Source: a virus
Length of the DNA: 64,000 nt
Virus record (IMG/VR): IMGVR_UViG_3300035670_000033
Span: 32,001 to 96,000 of that record
Strand: one strand, 5' to 3'
In this document: positions 44,372 through 52,941 of the stretch, piece by piece
Numbering within the stretch: position 1 is the stretch's first letter
How the letters are laid out: every line of letters starts with the position of its first letter
The notes under the pieces: model-generated
What the model saw: only the letters and a program-made list of their open reading frames with translations
The model's database searches: none
What the model was told of the DNA's origin: nothing
Position numbers and translations under genes: made by a program

Positions 44372-45319
44372 ATGAAAGTTTTTTGGAACGAAACATACAC
44401 ATGTATTCAGCATGATTTTGACACATCACGAAAGTCAAACAATATTGTCAATCTAATCACTTCGGATAATGAAATTGCCGAAAGGGTTCGTTTGCTTAAA
44501 GACATACCTGAAATCACAATTGTTGACCCTGAACAAATCACGGACATCTCTGTAACAGATCGTCTTATCAGTAAATGGCTTACCCCGAAATATGTTGAAG
44601 CATTAAAGACAAACAACAACCCACACCTAGCGCAAAGCCAAGGTTTCGGGTGGTGCAAAAATACCTACAAGTTTGCCCGCGCGCACACGCACGGGTTAGT
44701 GGCATCAGTGGACGAGATAAAGGCAGGATCCAGTAGAAGTGGGAGCCTTTCTTCAGGGCTACACCATGCCTCAAGAGGTAGCGGTGCAGGTTTCTGCACG
44801 ATCAACGGAATCGCACTGTCAGCAATCTACGCATATCAGCAAGGGTTTGAACCTATCGTCCTTGATTTTGATGCTCACTGTGGTGGTGGAACAATGGACT
44901 TTTTGAAAGAATTCAACAAGAACTTTCAAACATCAGTTAAACCCATCAGACACATTGACCTATCAACCAACCATTTTGACGACTACGACATTGCCGAAAG
45001 CGAGACATGGGCATCCCTTCATGTTCTCTGCCGTGAAGAAAACTATTTAGATGAAATCCGTAACGCCATGAATTTGGCTGAACCATTCATTACAGATAAG
45101 ACATTGTTCATATACAACGCAGGCATTGACCCAATAGGATCTCATGGTATTGACGAAAGTGTTATAGCGGAACGAGAGAAAATGGTTTCTAATTTCATTG
45201 GTTCAAGTAAGGCTATTTTTGCTTTGGCAGGCGGATATTCGGGCGGTAAAACAACACGAGATGATGTAGCAAAAACACATCTCCGAACTATTTATGGTTG
45301 GTCATGGCAGACGAAATAA
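44372..45319 (+). CDS. Histone deacetylase (Zn-dependent HDAC)-family protein
   Basis: GLHHA....GAGFCTINGIA, LDFDAHCGGGT, YNAGIDP, LAGGY. Confidence 0.9.
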   Translation: MKVFWNETYTCIQHDFDTSRKSNNIVNLITSDNEIAERVRLLKDIPEITIVDPEQITDISVTDRLISKWLTPKYVEALKTNNNPHLAQSQGFGWCKNTYKFARAHTHGLVASVDEIKAGSSRSGSLSSGLHHASRGSGAGFCTINGIALSAIYAYQQGFEPIVLDFDAHCGGGTMDFLKEFNKNFQTSVKPIRHIDLSTNHFDDYDIAESETWASLHVLCREENYLDEIRNAMNLAEPFITDKTLFIYNAGIDPIGSHGIDESVIAEREKMVSNFIGSSKAIFALAGGYSGGKTTRDDVAKTHLRTIYGWSWQTK

Positions 45320-45570
45320 TTCACGGGCTTTACGCCACATATACGAACCTAAAATGCAGGTGCAACCTCTGCAAAAAGGCAGCGGCAGAGTACATGCGTG
45401 GGTACAGGAAAACTTCCGTCGGGAAGTCTCAGGCACGATTTCACCAAGTTGTTGCCAATAAGCGCTCACAGATTGCCATCAAATGGATTAAAGATAACCA
45501 TCCAGAACAATGGGATAAGATATGTTCACGAGCGCTAAAAATCGTTGAAAAACAAGAGAACGGAGAATGA
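45298..45570 (+). CDS. Zinc-binding HG...CRCxxC protein
   Basis: IHGLYATYTNLKCRCNLCKKA. Confidence 0.7.
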   Translation: MVMADEIIHGLYATYTNLKCRCNLCKKAAAEYMRGYRKTSVGKSQARFHQVVANKRSQIAIKWIKDNHPEQWDKICSRALKIVEKQENGE

Positions 45571-45796
45571 CATGCCTTACGGTGGAGACAATATTGAAAG
45601 CCGATTTGAAGATTTTGTTGAAGAAACAAACCAAAAAATTAAAGAACTTGAAACAATGATTCGCTTGCTTCAGGATGAATTAAATACAGCAAAAAGGGAA
45701 ACAGCAAAGGTCAATATCACCAATCAGGACATAAAAAATTCACTTGGTTCCACAATCAAAACCGTAAGCGATATTGTCGGCAAAAGGTTTAAGTGA
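45545..45796 (+). CDS. Coiled-coil hypothetical protein
   Basis: ORF (start may be downstream). Confidence 0.6.
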   Translation: MKNKRTENDMPYGGDNIESRFEDFVEETNQKIKELETMIRLLQDELNTAKRETAKVNITNQDIKNSLGSTIKTVSDIVGKRFK

Positions 45797-45836
45797 GTTG
45801 TGGTGCTTTCCACTCAAAATAAACTAACATATGTAA

Positions 45837-45995
45837 ATGCTTGAGAAAACGAATTTAGCGGAGCAAGAGTTCAATCATCTCGTTGACGACGAGTTGGAAA
45901 GATTGCGCCGAGAGTTGGAAAAGTTGAAAAAGCAAATTGAATATCTTCAAAGCGATTTGAGATACCTAGAACTTCAAAACACAAAAAATCTTTAA
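45837..45995 (+). CDS. Small coiled-coil protein (52 aa)
   Basis: Hand-translated MLEKTNLAEQEFNHLVDDELERLRRELEKLKK... Confidence 0.5.
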   Translation: MLEKTNLAEQEFNHLVDDELERLRRELEKLKKQIEYLQSDLRYLELQNTKNL

Positions 45996-46145
45996 TTACT
46001 TTTTCTTATTTCTGATTTCGTCGTTTGGACTGAATCCCTCAAGCATGCCTTTCATGTAAGCATATTGCTCCTGTGGAGTCATATCCCAATAGGTTTTTTC
46101 AACCTTTTTAAACTTGCGAATCATTTTGTCTGTTAGTTTAGCCAT
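45996..46145 (-). CDS. Small hypothetical protein (49 aa)
   Basis: Hand-translated MAKLTDKMIRKFKKVEKTYWDMTPQEQYAY...; directly downstream of 46147..46965. Confidence 0.55.
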   Translation of the reverse strand: MAKLTDKMIRKFKKVEKTYWDMTPQEQYAYMKGMLEGFSPNDEIRNKKK

Positions 46146-46146
46146 T

Positions 46147-46965
46147 TTAATTTCCCTCTTTTCTTCCTGTAACAATTATACGGAACGACTTTAAAGAAGT
46201 CAACTGTTCTGATAAAGATTTTTCGTTTGCCTTGTAGGTTTTGCTTATCTGCGGAGGCTCAATTGAGTCATATATCTTGGCAAGGTCGGCGAATACGGAG
46301 ACATCTATCGTTTCGGCTCCGTCCCCACCAGAGTCAATGGTTGTTCCAGTCCAGTCACCTGTAGCGAGTGCTATTTGAATTTGGTCTAGGTCTGCGACTG
46401 CTATCTGGTTTTCAGCCTTACCTCTTGCTGGCGCTTTAGCCATGTTTTCTGGTGTGTTGTCGTAGATATCAACAACATCAAGATAGAAGTCTTCTCCGTC
46501 AAGCCATCCGCCAATTCCGACTTCTCGTGCGCCTTCCTTCGGATTCAGAAATACTTCCTTACCATGAAATGCAAGCCAAGCCATTGTCGTTTTGATTGCC
46601 GAATCTTTGGGTTCGCCATTCTCATCAAAAACATCGGATTTTTTAAGTTTTACACCGTGTTTATTTCTTCCGATTGATATTCCAGTTCTAACATCGTCTG
46701 CAACAAGTTTGTCTACAGTGAATCCACCGTCACGACCTTTTTCAAGGATTGCTTTGATTCTTTTCTTTCTCTCTGGATCTGCTTTAACAAAAGACATTGT
46801 ACGCTTTTTTGTTGTTCTACGAACCATTTCGGCAGCCACTGGAAGAGGGACATTGTCTTCATCGCCGAGGGTAAACATTCCATCGCCATCTCCGTCTTTG
46901 GGCACTTTGTCGGAGGAGAAACCACCAATTGGTTGACCAAGTATTTTGTACAAAAGTTCGCTCAT
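46147..46965 (-). CDS. Head-module protein with DGDGDG...EDN tag and variable C-terminal domain
   Basis: LGQPIGG...DGDGDGMFTLGDEDNVP. Confidence 0.75.
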   Translation of the reverse strand: MSELLYKILGQPIGGFSSDKVPKDGDGDGMFTLGDEDNVPLPVAAEMVRRTTKKRTMSFVKADPERKKRIKAILEKGRDGGFTVDKLVADDVRTGISIGRNKHGVKLKKSDVFDENGEPKDSAIKTTMAWLAFHGKEVFLNPKEGAREVGIGGWLDGEDFYLDVVDIYDNTPENMAKAPARGKAENQIAVADLDQIQIALATGDWTGTTIDSGGDGAETIDVSVFADLAKIYDSIEPPQISKTYKANEKSLSEQLTSLKSFRIIVTGRKEGN

Positions 46966-46968
46966 TGG

Positions 46969-47316
46969 TTATTTTGCTTTTACGATTCCGTCGGGGATGA
47001 CAGCAAATCGGCATTTTCCTTCAGGGTTAACAGGTAACGAGATGATCTTGCATGAAGAACCACCTTCGTATAGAACACAATTGGAGCATTTTACGCCTAT
47101 CTGCGCGACTTCGTTTTGTGAAGGATCGTCGTATCCCGCCCAAACTCCTGTGTAATCTTGATTAAATTTTCCATATTTTTGAGTAATTTGAATGAGGGAA
47201 TCAGCCAGCGCTCGCTCTTCGGGGTGAAGGTTTGGCATTTTTGGTTTAGATATCGCAATCATTCTTACAGGGATTTGCGACATCAGCATTTCTATAATTG
47301 ATTTTTCTTTTTCCAT
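46969..47316 (-). CDS. Hypothetical Cys-containing head-module protein
   Basis: GVKCSNCVLYEG...C.I......PEG.CRF. Confidence 0.7.
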   Translation of the reverse strand: MEKEKSIIEMLMSQIPVRMIAISKPKMPNLHPEERALADSLIQITQKYGKFNQDYTGVWAGYDDPSQNEVAQIGVKCSNCVLYEGGSSCKIISLPVNPEGKCRFAVIPDGIVKAK

Positions 47317-47317
47317 G

Positions 47318-47725
47318 TTATTTTGTTTCCTTTTTGAACTCTGCCCAAGTTTTATCCCCAACGCCATAATACTCTCTGGCGTTTCCTGACTGGATCATGT
47401 CAATATTTAGGCACGCTGTTTGAGGGTCTTCAATTTTGTCTGATGAGTAAATTCTTGCCAGAACACGACCATATTTGTCGTTCTTGTCGGGAATCGTGTT
47501 AACGAAAACCCATTTGTGGTTAGTCATCCAATCTTCAACAAACTTTTTTGCTTTTAGACCTAACTCTTTTTCTTTAAGATCTTTTGTTCGTGATTCAGGT
47601 GTGTTGACTCCATATAAACGAACACGGATTTTGTGATGCACGCTGAAACCTAAATCAACCATCAGGTCTACCGTGTCACCGTCAACTACTTTCAGGATTG
47701 TTGCACCATACCAAAATCTTTCCAC
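47318..47725 (-). CDS. Thermonuclease (SNase-like)
   Basis: KVVDGDTVD, RVRLYGVNTPES, DKYGRVLA. Confidence 0.9.
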   Translation of the reverse strand: MERFWYGATILKVVDGDTVDLMVDLGFSVHHKIRVRLYGVNTPESRTKDLKEKELGLKAKKFVEDWMTNHKWVFVNTIPDKNDKYGRVLARIYSSDKIEDPQTACLNIDMIQSGNAREYYGVGDKTWAEFKKETK

Positions 47726-47727
47726 GG

Positions 47728-48489
47728 CTAATCCTTGTCCTTAGAGTTCTTATATCGTTCAAGCATTCGTTTGCCTTTAGCGGCTAATTCCCTAGCATCA
47801 TCCGCATTCTGTGGAACTGGTTCACCCCAAGCCGCCGCTGAAAGAGCAAGCCGAGTTGGGCGACCCTTTTCATCTTTCATAGGACCAGAAGGATTGGTGA
47901 AGAACCGTGTAAGAAATGATCCCTTACGACGCATCTTTTCTGGTGTGTCAGCAGGACCCTTGACACCCGGCTTCAAATTGGATCCATCTGTTCTGTTGAA
48001 ATGCGCACGACCCGCTGCGGTTAAACCACCTTTAGGGTCTCTCAGTGGTTTGGCAGATTTCTCTTTGACGATCGGACCACCAGCAACCCACGCACGGCAA
48101 GTCCTTTTTGATGCACATTTGAAATCAAATGCTTCGCAATATCCAAGTTCGCCAGCGCTATCAATTGCTTCCCACTCATCCTGACGATCCCCGCCAGTTA
48201 CACCTTTATTGATGCAGTCTTTCATTGAGGGTGTTTGAATGAAAAGTGAACAGTTACCGCACAATTGTTTTTTAGCGGAAGCATTATCAACGTCCCACTC
48301 TTTTGCTAACTTCCCCCAATACTCTGTGTTTGGTTCAGAAGGGTTGAGCGGACCATACATTGCTGTCTTTATCGCTTTTCCTCTGTTGGCAAGGTTTACG
48401 GCAATGTCCTGTGTGGCTTTAGGGCAAGATTCTTCTGCCTTGACACGGATAGAAATCGGTTGACCGTTGATTAAATCGGTAAATTTCAT
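47728..48489 (-). CDS. Modular head-region protein with DUF6321-like C-terminal domain
   Basis: KSAKPLRDPKGGLTAAGRAHFNRTDGSNLKPGV...RRKGSFL.RF. Confidence 0.7.
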   Translation of the reverse strand: MKFTDLINGQPISIRVKAEESCPKATQDIAVNLANRGKAIKTAMYGPLNPSEPNTEYWGKLAKEWDVDNASAKKQLCGNCSLFIQTPSMKDCINKGVTGGDRQDEWEAIDSAGELGYCEAFDFKCASKRTCRAWVAGGPIVKEKSAKPLRDPKGGLTAAGRAHFNRTDGSNLKPGVKGPADTPEKMRRKGSFLTRFFTNPSGPMKDEKGRPTRLALSAAAWGEPVPQNADDARELAAKGKRMLERYKNSKDKD

Positions 48490-48513
48490 AGTTCCTTATT
48501 ATCCCACAAAAAG

Positions 48514-48555
48514 CAAAAACCCCGCCCCAACCTTTCGGCTAGAGCGGGGTTTTTG
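48514..48555 (-). terminator. Intrinsic terminator after the capsid gene
   Basis: CAAAAACCCCGC...GCGGGGTTTTTG. Confidence 0.85.
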
Positions 48556-48570
48556 TTAATTACTTAATGA

Positions 48571-49884
48571 TTAGGCTGATGGAGCCGCATCAAAACTTAC
48601 CTTCACGAACGACTCTGGTCGCTTCACAGCGAGAGCGAGGCGTTGCTCGGCAAGGATCACAATTGCGTTACGCACGAAGAAGTCTGCGTGCTGTTCGCTA
48701 ATGCGGATGCTTGGTGATTCACGGTCGTAGATTTGTGCTCCCGTACCGAATGCACCGATAAGTGCTGTACCTTCAGCAATTGCAGGGGTGTCCACAACTG
48801 GGATCCTCCACAACTTCTGCTCGCCACCCATTGCAACAGAGACTGCTACGACATAAGCGCCGTTGCCGTCCTTGCTGAGTTCAATGTCTTCCCAATCGTT
48901 CGGGTTAAGAACGATACCCGATGGCTCGTAGTAAGCCAAGAAGGAAAGGGTTGCGGCACGACGGATTGCGTCAGCCTTGGTGTCGCTCATACCAGCAGTT
49001 GCTGAGTACACGCCATCCGACCAGTTGTAGGTCTGTACGCCTGAGGTATTCAAGATACCTGTCAGGTTTTCGCCAGTTCCCGAACCGTTAAGGATTTGTG
49101 CATCTTCCTGCAAGCGGAGACCGTACATCAACTCGTTGTCAATGATTGAGCGCAGTTGTGGCTCATCAGCAAGAACATTGCGGTGTGCGGCTTCCCAGTG
49201 AGCCAAGGTGCGAACAGGAGCCTGCTCACCAACGAAGGTGAAAGACGACTGTGGCTTGGCACCGAATGCGGAACCCGAACGCTCAGCAACTGCTGCTGCG
49301 TTGTTGGTGAATCCCGTCATGCGGAAGTATTCAATGATCGCAGCAGTTGTGGTGCGACTTGGGAACAAGTCACGAACACGCTTGGTGCGCATTGGAGGGA
49401 TGACGATTGCATCGCGTTGAATGGTTCCAAACGAGCCAGGTGTACCAGTTGGGAGTGCCGAGTACAAGTCCTTCTGACTGTACACTTCGCTACCCGACTT
49501 GTATGGTGCTGGCATGTTTGCTGAACCGCTAGCCAAAAGGGACTTGAACTCTGCTGAAGCAAGGAATGCTTCACCGATGCTCTTGCGACCCATTGACTGA
49601 ACTACTTGCTGGATTTCCTGTGAAGCGTAAGCAGAAGCCTGTGCTACTGAATCCTGTGGCTCTGAAGCCCACTTGTCAGCATCACGCATTGACTCAAGGC
49701 TCTCAACGAGCGACTTGATCTCGCGGATATCTGCCATGTTCTTGTCAAACGCGGTCTTTTGTTCTGCGGATACGACTACGGTGCCGTCTTCAATTTTGAA
49801 GTTGTCGGCGATTGTCTTGTTTTCTGCCATCTTGGCGCGCATTGCACCTTGAAGTTCAGTTAAACGGCTGTTGTCAAATGACAT
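48571..49884 (-). CDS. Major capsid protein, HK97 fold
   Basis: Coiled-coil delta domain; E...KPQS, L.G.GTG..L.GIL, A...RPESF; ATG at 49884 with AGGAG RBS. Confidence 0.93.
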   Translation of the reverse strand: MSFDNSRLTELQGAMRAKMAENKTIADNFKIEDGTVVVSAEQKTAFDKNMADIREIKSLVESLESMRDADKWASEPQDSVAQASAYASQEIQQVVQSMGRKSIGEAFLASAEFKSLLASGSANMPAPYKSGSEVYSQKDLYSALPTGTPGSFGTIQRDAIVIPPMRTKRVRDLFPSRTTTAAIIEYFRMTGFTNNAAAVAERSGSAFGAKPQSSFTFVGEQAPVRTLAHWEAAHRNVLADEPQLRSIIDNELMYGLRLQEDAQILNGSGTGENLTGILNTSGVQTYNWSDGVYSATAGMSDTKADAIRRAATLSFLAYYEPSGIVLNPNDWEDIELSKDGNGAYVVAVSVAMGGEQKLWRIPVVDTPAIAEGTALIGAFGTGAQIYDRESPSIRISEQHADFFVRNAIVILAEQRLALAVKRPESFVKVSFDAAPSA

Positions 49885-50036
49885 GTTTTTCACTCCTAGT
49901 GAATTGGATTTGGTTGGTGATTACTTATGTTTCTTTATTGCAGACTTCGGTAAGCACCTAGTCCAGTTACTATTACTGTAATACGAGAATAACATCAAAG
50001 TAGTATTAGAAATGCAACCCCATATTTAACACTTGG

Positions 50037-51443
50037 CTATTTTGAACGGTATCTTTTAACCGCCTGTGGACAGCATCCGCCAGCGTATTTAATACCGTAT
50101 TCCCCTTCATCAAAACCAGCCCATTTTTTGGCTGTTTTACGGTTTTTCCATGGGTGGTCAATAGGCAAAAGATCATTATCTTCCGAATATTTTACATCTT
50201 TGGGTTTTTCCGAGTTCAGCAAAGACAGGAACTTTGAGACCCGCTTATTCGCTTCTTCCCGACCGCCGTCAGCAAAACCTCTAACGAACACAACCTTAAG
50301 GTCGCGAAGGTTGGTTTTGGCAGAAGTTTTTGCTTTAGCATTATTTTTGCGCACCATAACAGCGAGATTATTGATGTCTGTGCTTGTCACGGTTGGAGGC
50401 TTTTTCTTTGGCTTGGGTACACCTTTGTAAAAAAATATTCCGTCGTCCAGTACATCTTTTTGCGATCTTTTAGCCCCACGCGCAAGCATCACATCTCTCA
50501 CATTTAGTTCCTCTGGAGTAACTACGTAAGGAAGTTTCTCTGCGCGACCTACTTCGTTAATGTGTTGTTGTACTTCCTTGGGTGAAAGTTTATATTTGCG
50601 CGATGCGCGAAGGTATGCGAATTTTTGAATTCTGCGCATTTTTTTGGCGTATTCCTTGTCATCTTTGCTGAGACCTGAAGTTTTTACGATCTCATCAATT
50701 GATGATTTCCAATAATTCTTGACATCTTTTGCCTTGTCGTAATCTATTCGTGTTACAGAACGAGGTGCATTCGCTTCACGAGATGGGCTCTTGGGTGCAT
50801 TTTGCCTTCTTCTCCGAACCATTTCTGCTTGATGTTCAGCAAAACTAAGGCGCTGTTTCTTCGGCTTGTTTGCTTTTGGTTTTGGCACTTTTGCTACAGG
50901 AATATTATCTTCGCCATCTGCACCCGTAGCGAAACCATCTCCGTCTCCGTCTTCAAGAGCACCCATCCCACCGATCGGTTTGAACATTCTTCTATAACCA
51001 CTGATTGAACGACCAAGCGCTTTTTCGTCCATTTCTGACTTCTTCTTAAACCCTGAACCTTGGCGTCGCGGATTATTTATCGGACTGTTATCCCCGCGGA
51101 TACCTGTGACACGGTTGTAATCAGAAACATTTGTACAAGGAAGCCAAACAAGTTTTCCATCGCGTGCCGTGTAACGGCGAATACCTATACATCCAAGGTT
51201 GCGTGCACGAATACGGGCAGACTCGGGGTCACTGAAAGTATCAGGATCTGTGGAACGGCTAACAAAGTTAACGAAACCCTTTTCTTCTACAGGTTTCTCT
51301 AAAGTCTGCTTTTTATTCATGCCTTTGATGTACTCAGCAGGATTTTGATTTTTCACTATTGTAAAGTAATAAAAATCAGCCTTCTCATCAGGCGACAAGG
51401 TTTGTACGAGAATGGCTAATTCTCTTGATTCGGTAGGTGTCAT
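50037..51443 (-). CDS. Modular head-region protein (DUF3721-like, DGDGDG tag, DUF5824-like C-terminus)
   Basis: ARNLGC.G...WLPC; DGDGDGFATGADGEDNIP; LKVVFVRG...RV..FL...DNDLLP.DHP. Confidence 0.75.
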   Translation of the reverse strand: MTPTESRELAILVQTLSPDEKADFYYFTIVKNQNPAEYIKGMNKKQTLEKPVEEKGFVNFVSRSTDPDTFSDPESARIRARNLGCIGIRRYTARDGKLVWLPCTNVSDYNRVTGIRGDNSPINNPRRQGSGFKKKSEMDEKALGRSISGYRRMFKPIGGMGALEDGDGDGFATGADGEDNIPVAKVPKPKANKPKKQRLSFAEHQAEMVRRRRQNAPKSPSREANAPRSVTRIDYDKAKDVKNYWKSSIDEIVKTSGLSKDDKEYAKKMRRIQKFAYLRASRKYKLSPKEVQQHINEVGRAEKLPYVVTPEELNVRDVMLARGAKRSQKDVLDDGIFFYKGVPKPKKKPPTVTSTDINNLAVMVRKNNAKAKTSAKTNLRDLKVVFVRGFADGGREEANKRVSKFLSLLNSEKPKDVKYSEDNDLLPIDHPWKNRKTAKKWAGFDEGEYGIKYAGGCCPQAVKRYRSK

Positions 51444-52678
51444 ATGGTTTCCACAAATCCTTCTTCAACGGCGAGCATTGACCTATCCCATACAACAAAA
51501 AAATTGTCTTTAGTTAGAGCAGCCCTATGACCCTTAGCCGCGAAGAGACGACCAATATCGTCGTCTCCACCGAACTCACTTTTTCTACCGCTGTATCTCG
51601 CCTCAATCATTTCATCAAATTCTGATCTCTCTGTAACGGTGTTCGGGGGAATTGCCACCCTCATCACCGTTCCTTGCATCGCATTATTAATATAGGCGTA
51701 TTGTCTAGCGGTTCTAAGGTCATCCGTAAAATAGATTCCATTAGCCTGATGACCCATACCCGCCCAGTAGTCACCTTCCATAAACTGTTTTGCCAACTGT
51801 TCAGATGTTGACAATCTATTATCAGGGGTGCCAGGTAAATCGGCGTTAAAAACATCCTTAATGCCTCGGTAAGCAATCGTCCAACCCTCTTGTTCCAACT
51901 GTTTCATTTTTTCAGACGAGACAACTTTTGGCTTGCCCGTAAAACCCTGTTTTTCCGCAATTATTTCAAGTTGGACATCTCCATATTGCTTTCCAGCAAG
52001 TTTGTATTCATTCGTTCGCTTTTTTATTTCTTTGTCGCCCTCTGATCTAACTTCAATAAAACCCCTATAGTTTCCAAAGTAAACTTTCAAATCGTCCGTA
52101 ATGTCCTTGGCTCGCTTAAGTATTTTTTTAGTAGGGGCAGGAATATTGTCTTCTCCGTCAGGACCAGTAGTGAACCCGTCGCTATCGCCGTCAAACTCTG
52201 CTACACCACCAATAGGGCGACCTAAAGACTTGCCAGAAAACGAGCCAGTTACAAGCCCACCACCCGGCAAGGTTGCGATGCCAGTAATAGGTTTCTCGTC
52301 AAGGTTCTCCCAACCCCGTTTAGGTGCCTTGTGGTTGCAAACCGCATAATACTTTTTCCCTGCAAGCAGAACAGTTCGTACACCACCACAACCACGAGCC
52401 TTAGAAATAGCAACAGCATCAGCACGATTCTCATAATATGCATCAGACTTTGTTTCTAAACGCTTGGTGCGTTGAACCATTTTCGGCAAAGGTTTTTTAT
52501 TATTTGAAGCACGAACTTTTAAATACTCTTCTTTACCCTTTTTGATTCCCTCATATTCTTCGTGTGAGGCGCAAGGCATCCAACCAGCATCGGTCTCATG
52601 GGCTCCCTGACATCCAAGCATGCGGGCAACACGAAGCGCCTGATCCCTAGTGGTTTTATTCTTTTCGTCTTCAGACAT
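51440..52678 (-). CDS. Modular protein with two DUF3721-like repeats, DGDSDG tag and C-terminal ADP-ribosyltransferase-like domain
   Basis: ARMLGCQGAH...WMPC; AYRG ... G.GHQANGIYFT..L.TA.QYA...G.VMR. Confidence 0.7.
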   Translation of the reverse strand: MSEDEKNKTTRDQALRVARMLGCQGAHETDAGWMPCASHEEYEGIKKGKEEYLKVRASNNKKPLPKMVQRTKRLETKSDAYYENRADAVAISKARGCGGVRTVLLAGKKYYAVCNHKAPKRGWENLDEKPITGIATLPGGGLVTGSFSGKSLGRPIGGVAEFDGDSDGFTTGPDGEDNIPAPTKKILKRAKDITDDLKVYFGNYRGFIEVRSEGDKEIKKRTNEYKLAGKQYGDVQLEIIAEKQGFTGKPKVVSSEKMKQLEQEGWTIAYRGIKDVFNADLPGTPDNRLSTSEQLAKQFMEGDYWAGMGHQANGIYFTDDLRTARQYAYINNAMQGTVMRVAIPPNTVTERSEFDEMIEARYSGRKSEFGGDDDIGRLFAAKGHRAALTKDNFFVVWDRSMLAVEEGFVETI

Positions 52679-52941
52679 TATTGTTTTTCTTTTTTAGATA
52701 CTTTTTCAACCTCTGAAGCATATTCCATAGACATCGCGTACTGATCAAATAGTTCATCTATTTTGTCTGCATTCTCTTTGTTCATCAGATACGAGACCAT
52801 TGACTCAAGGTCACCATCTTTGCCATTTTCATTTGCATACCCGTAGGCAATGGCAATAATTTTAGAACGTGTCTCAGGGTTCTTTACTGTCGTTAGCAGT
52901 TGATTTTTGATTGAGTTTTTTTGTTCTGTTGTAAGTTTCAT
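52678..52941 (-). CDS. Small protein coupled downstream of the 1048-aa gene (putative immunity/partner)
   Basis: Translationally coupled. Confidence 0.7.
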   Translation of the reverse strand: MKLTTEQKNSIKNQLLTTVKNPETRSKIIAIAYGYANENGKDGDLESMVSYLMNKENADKIDELFDQYAMSMEYASEVEKVSKKEKQ

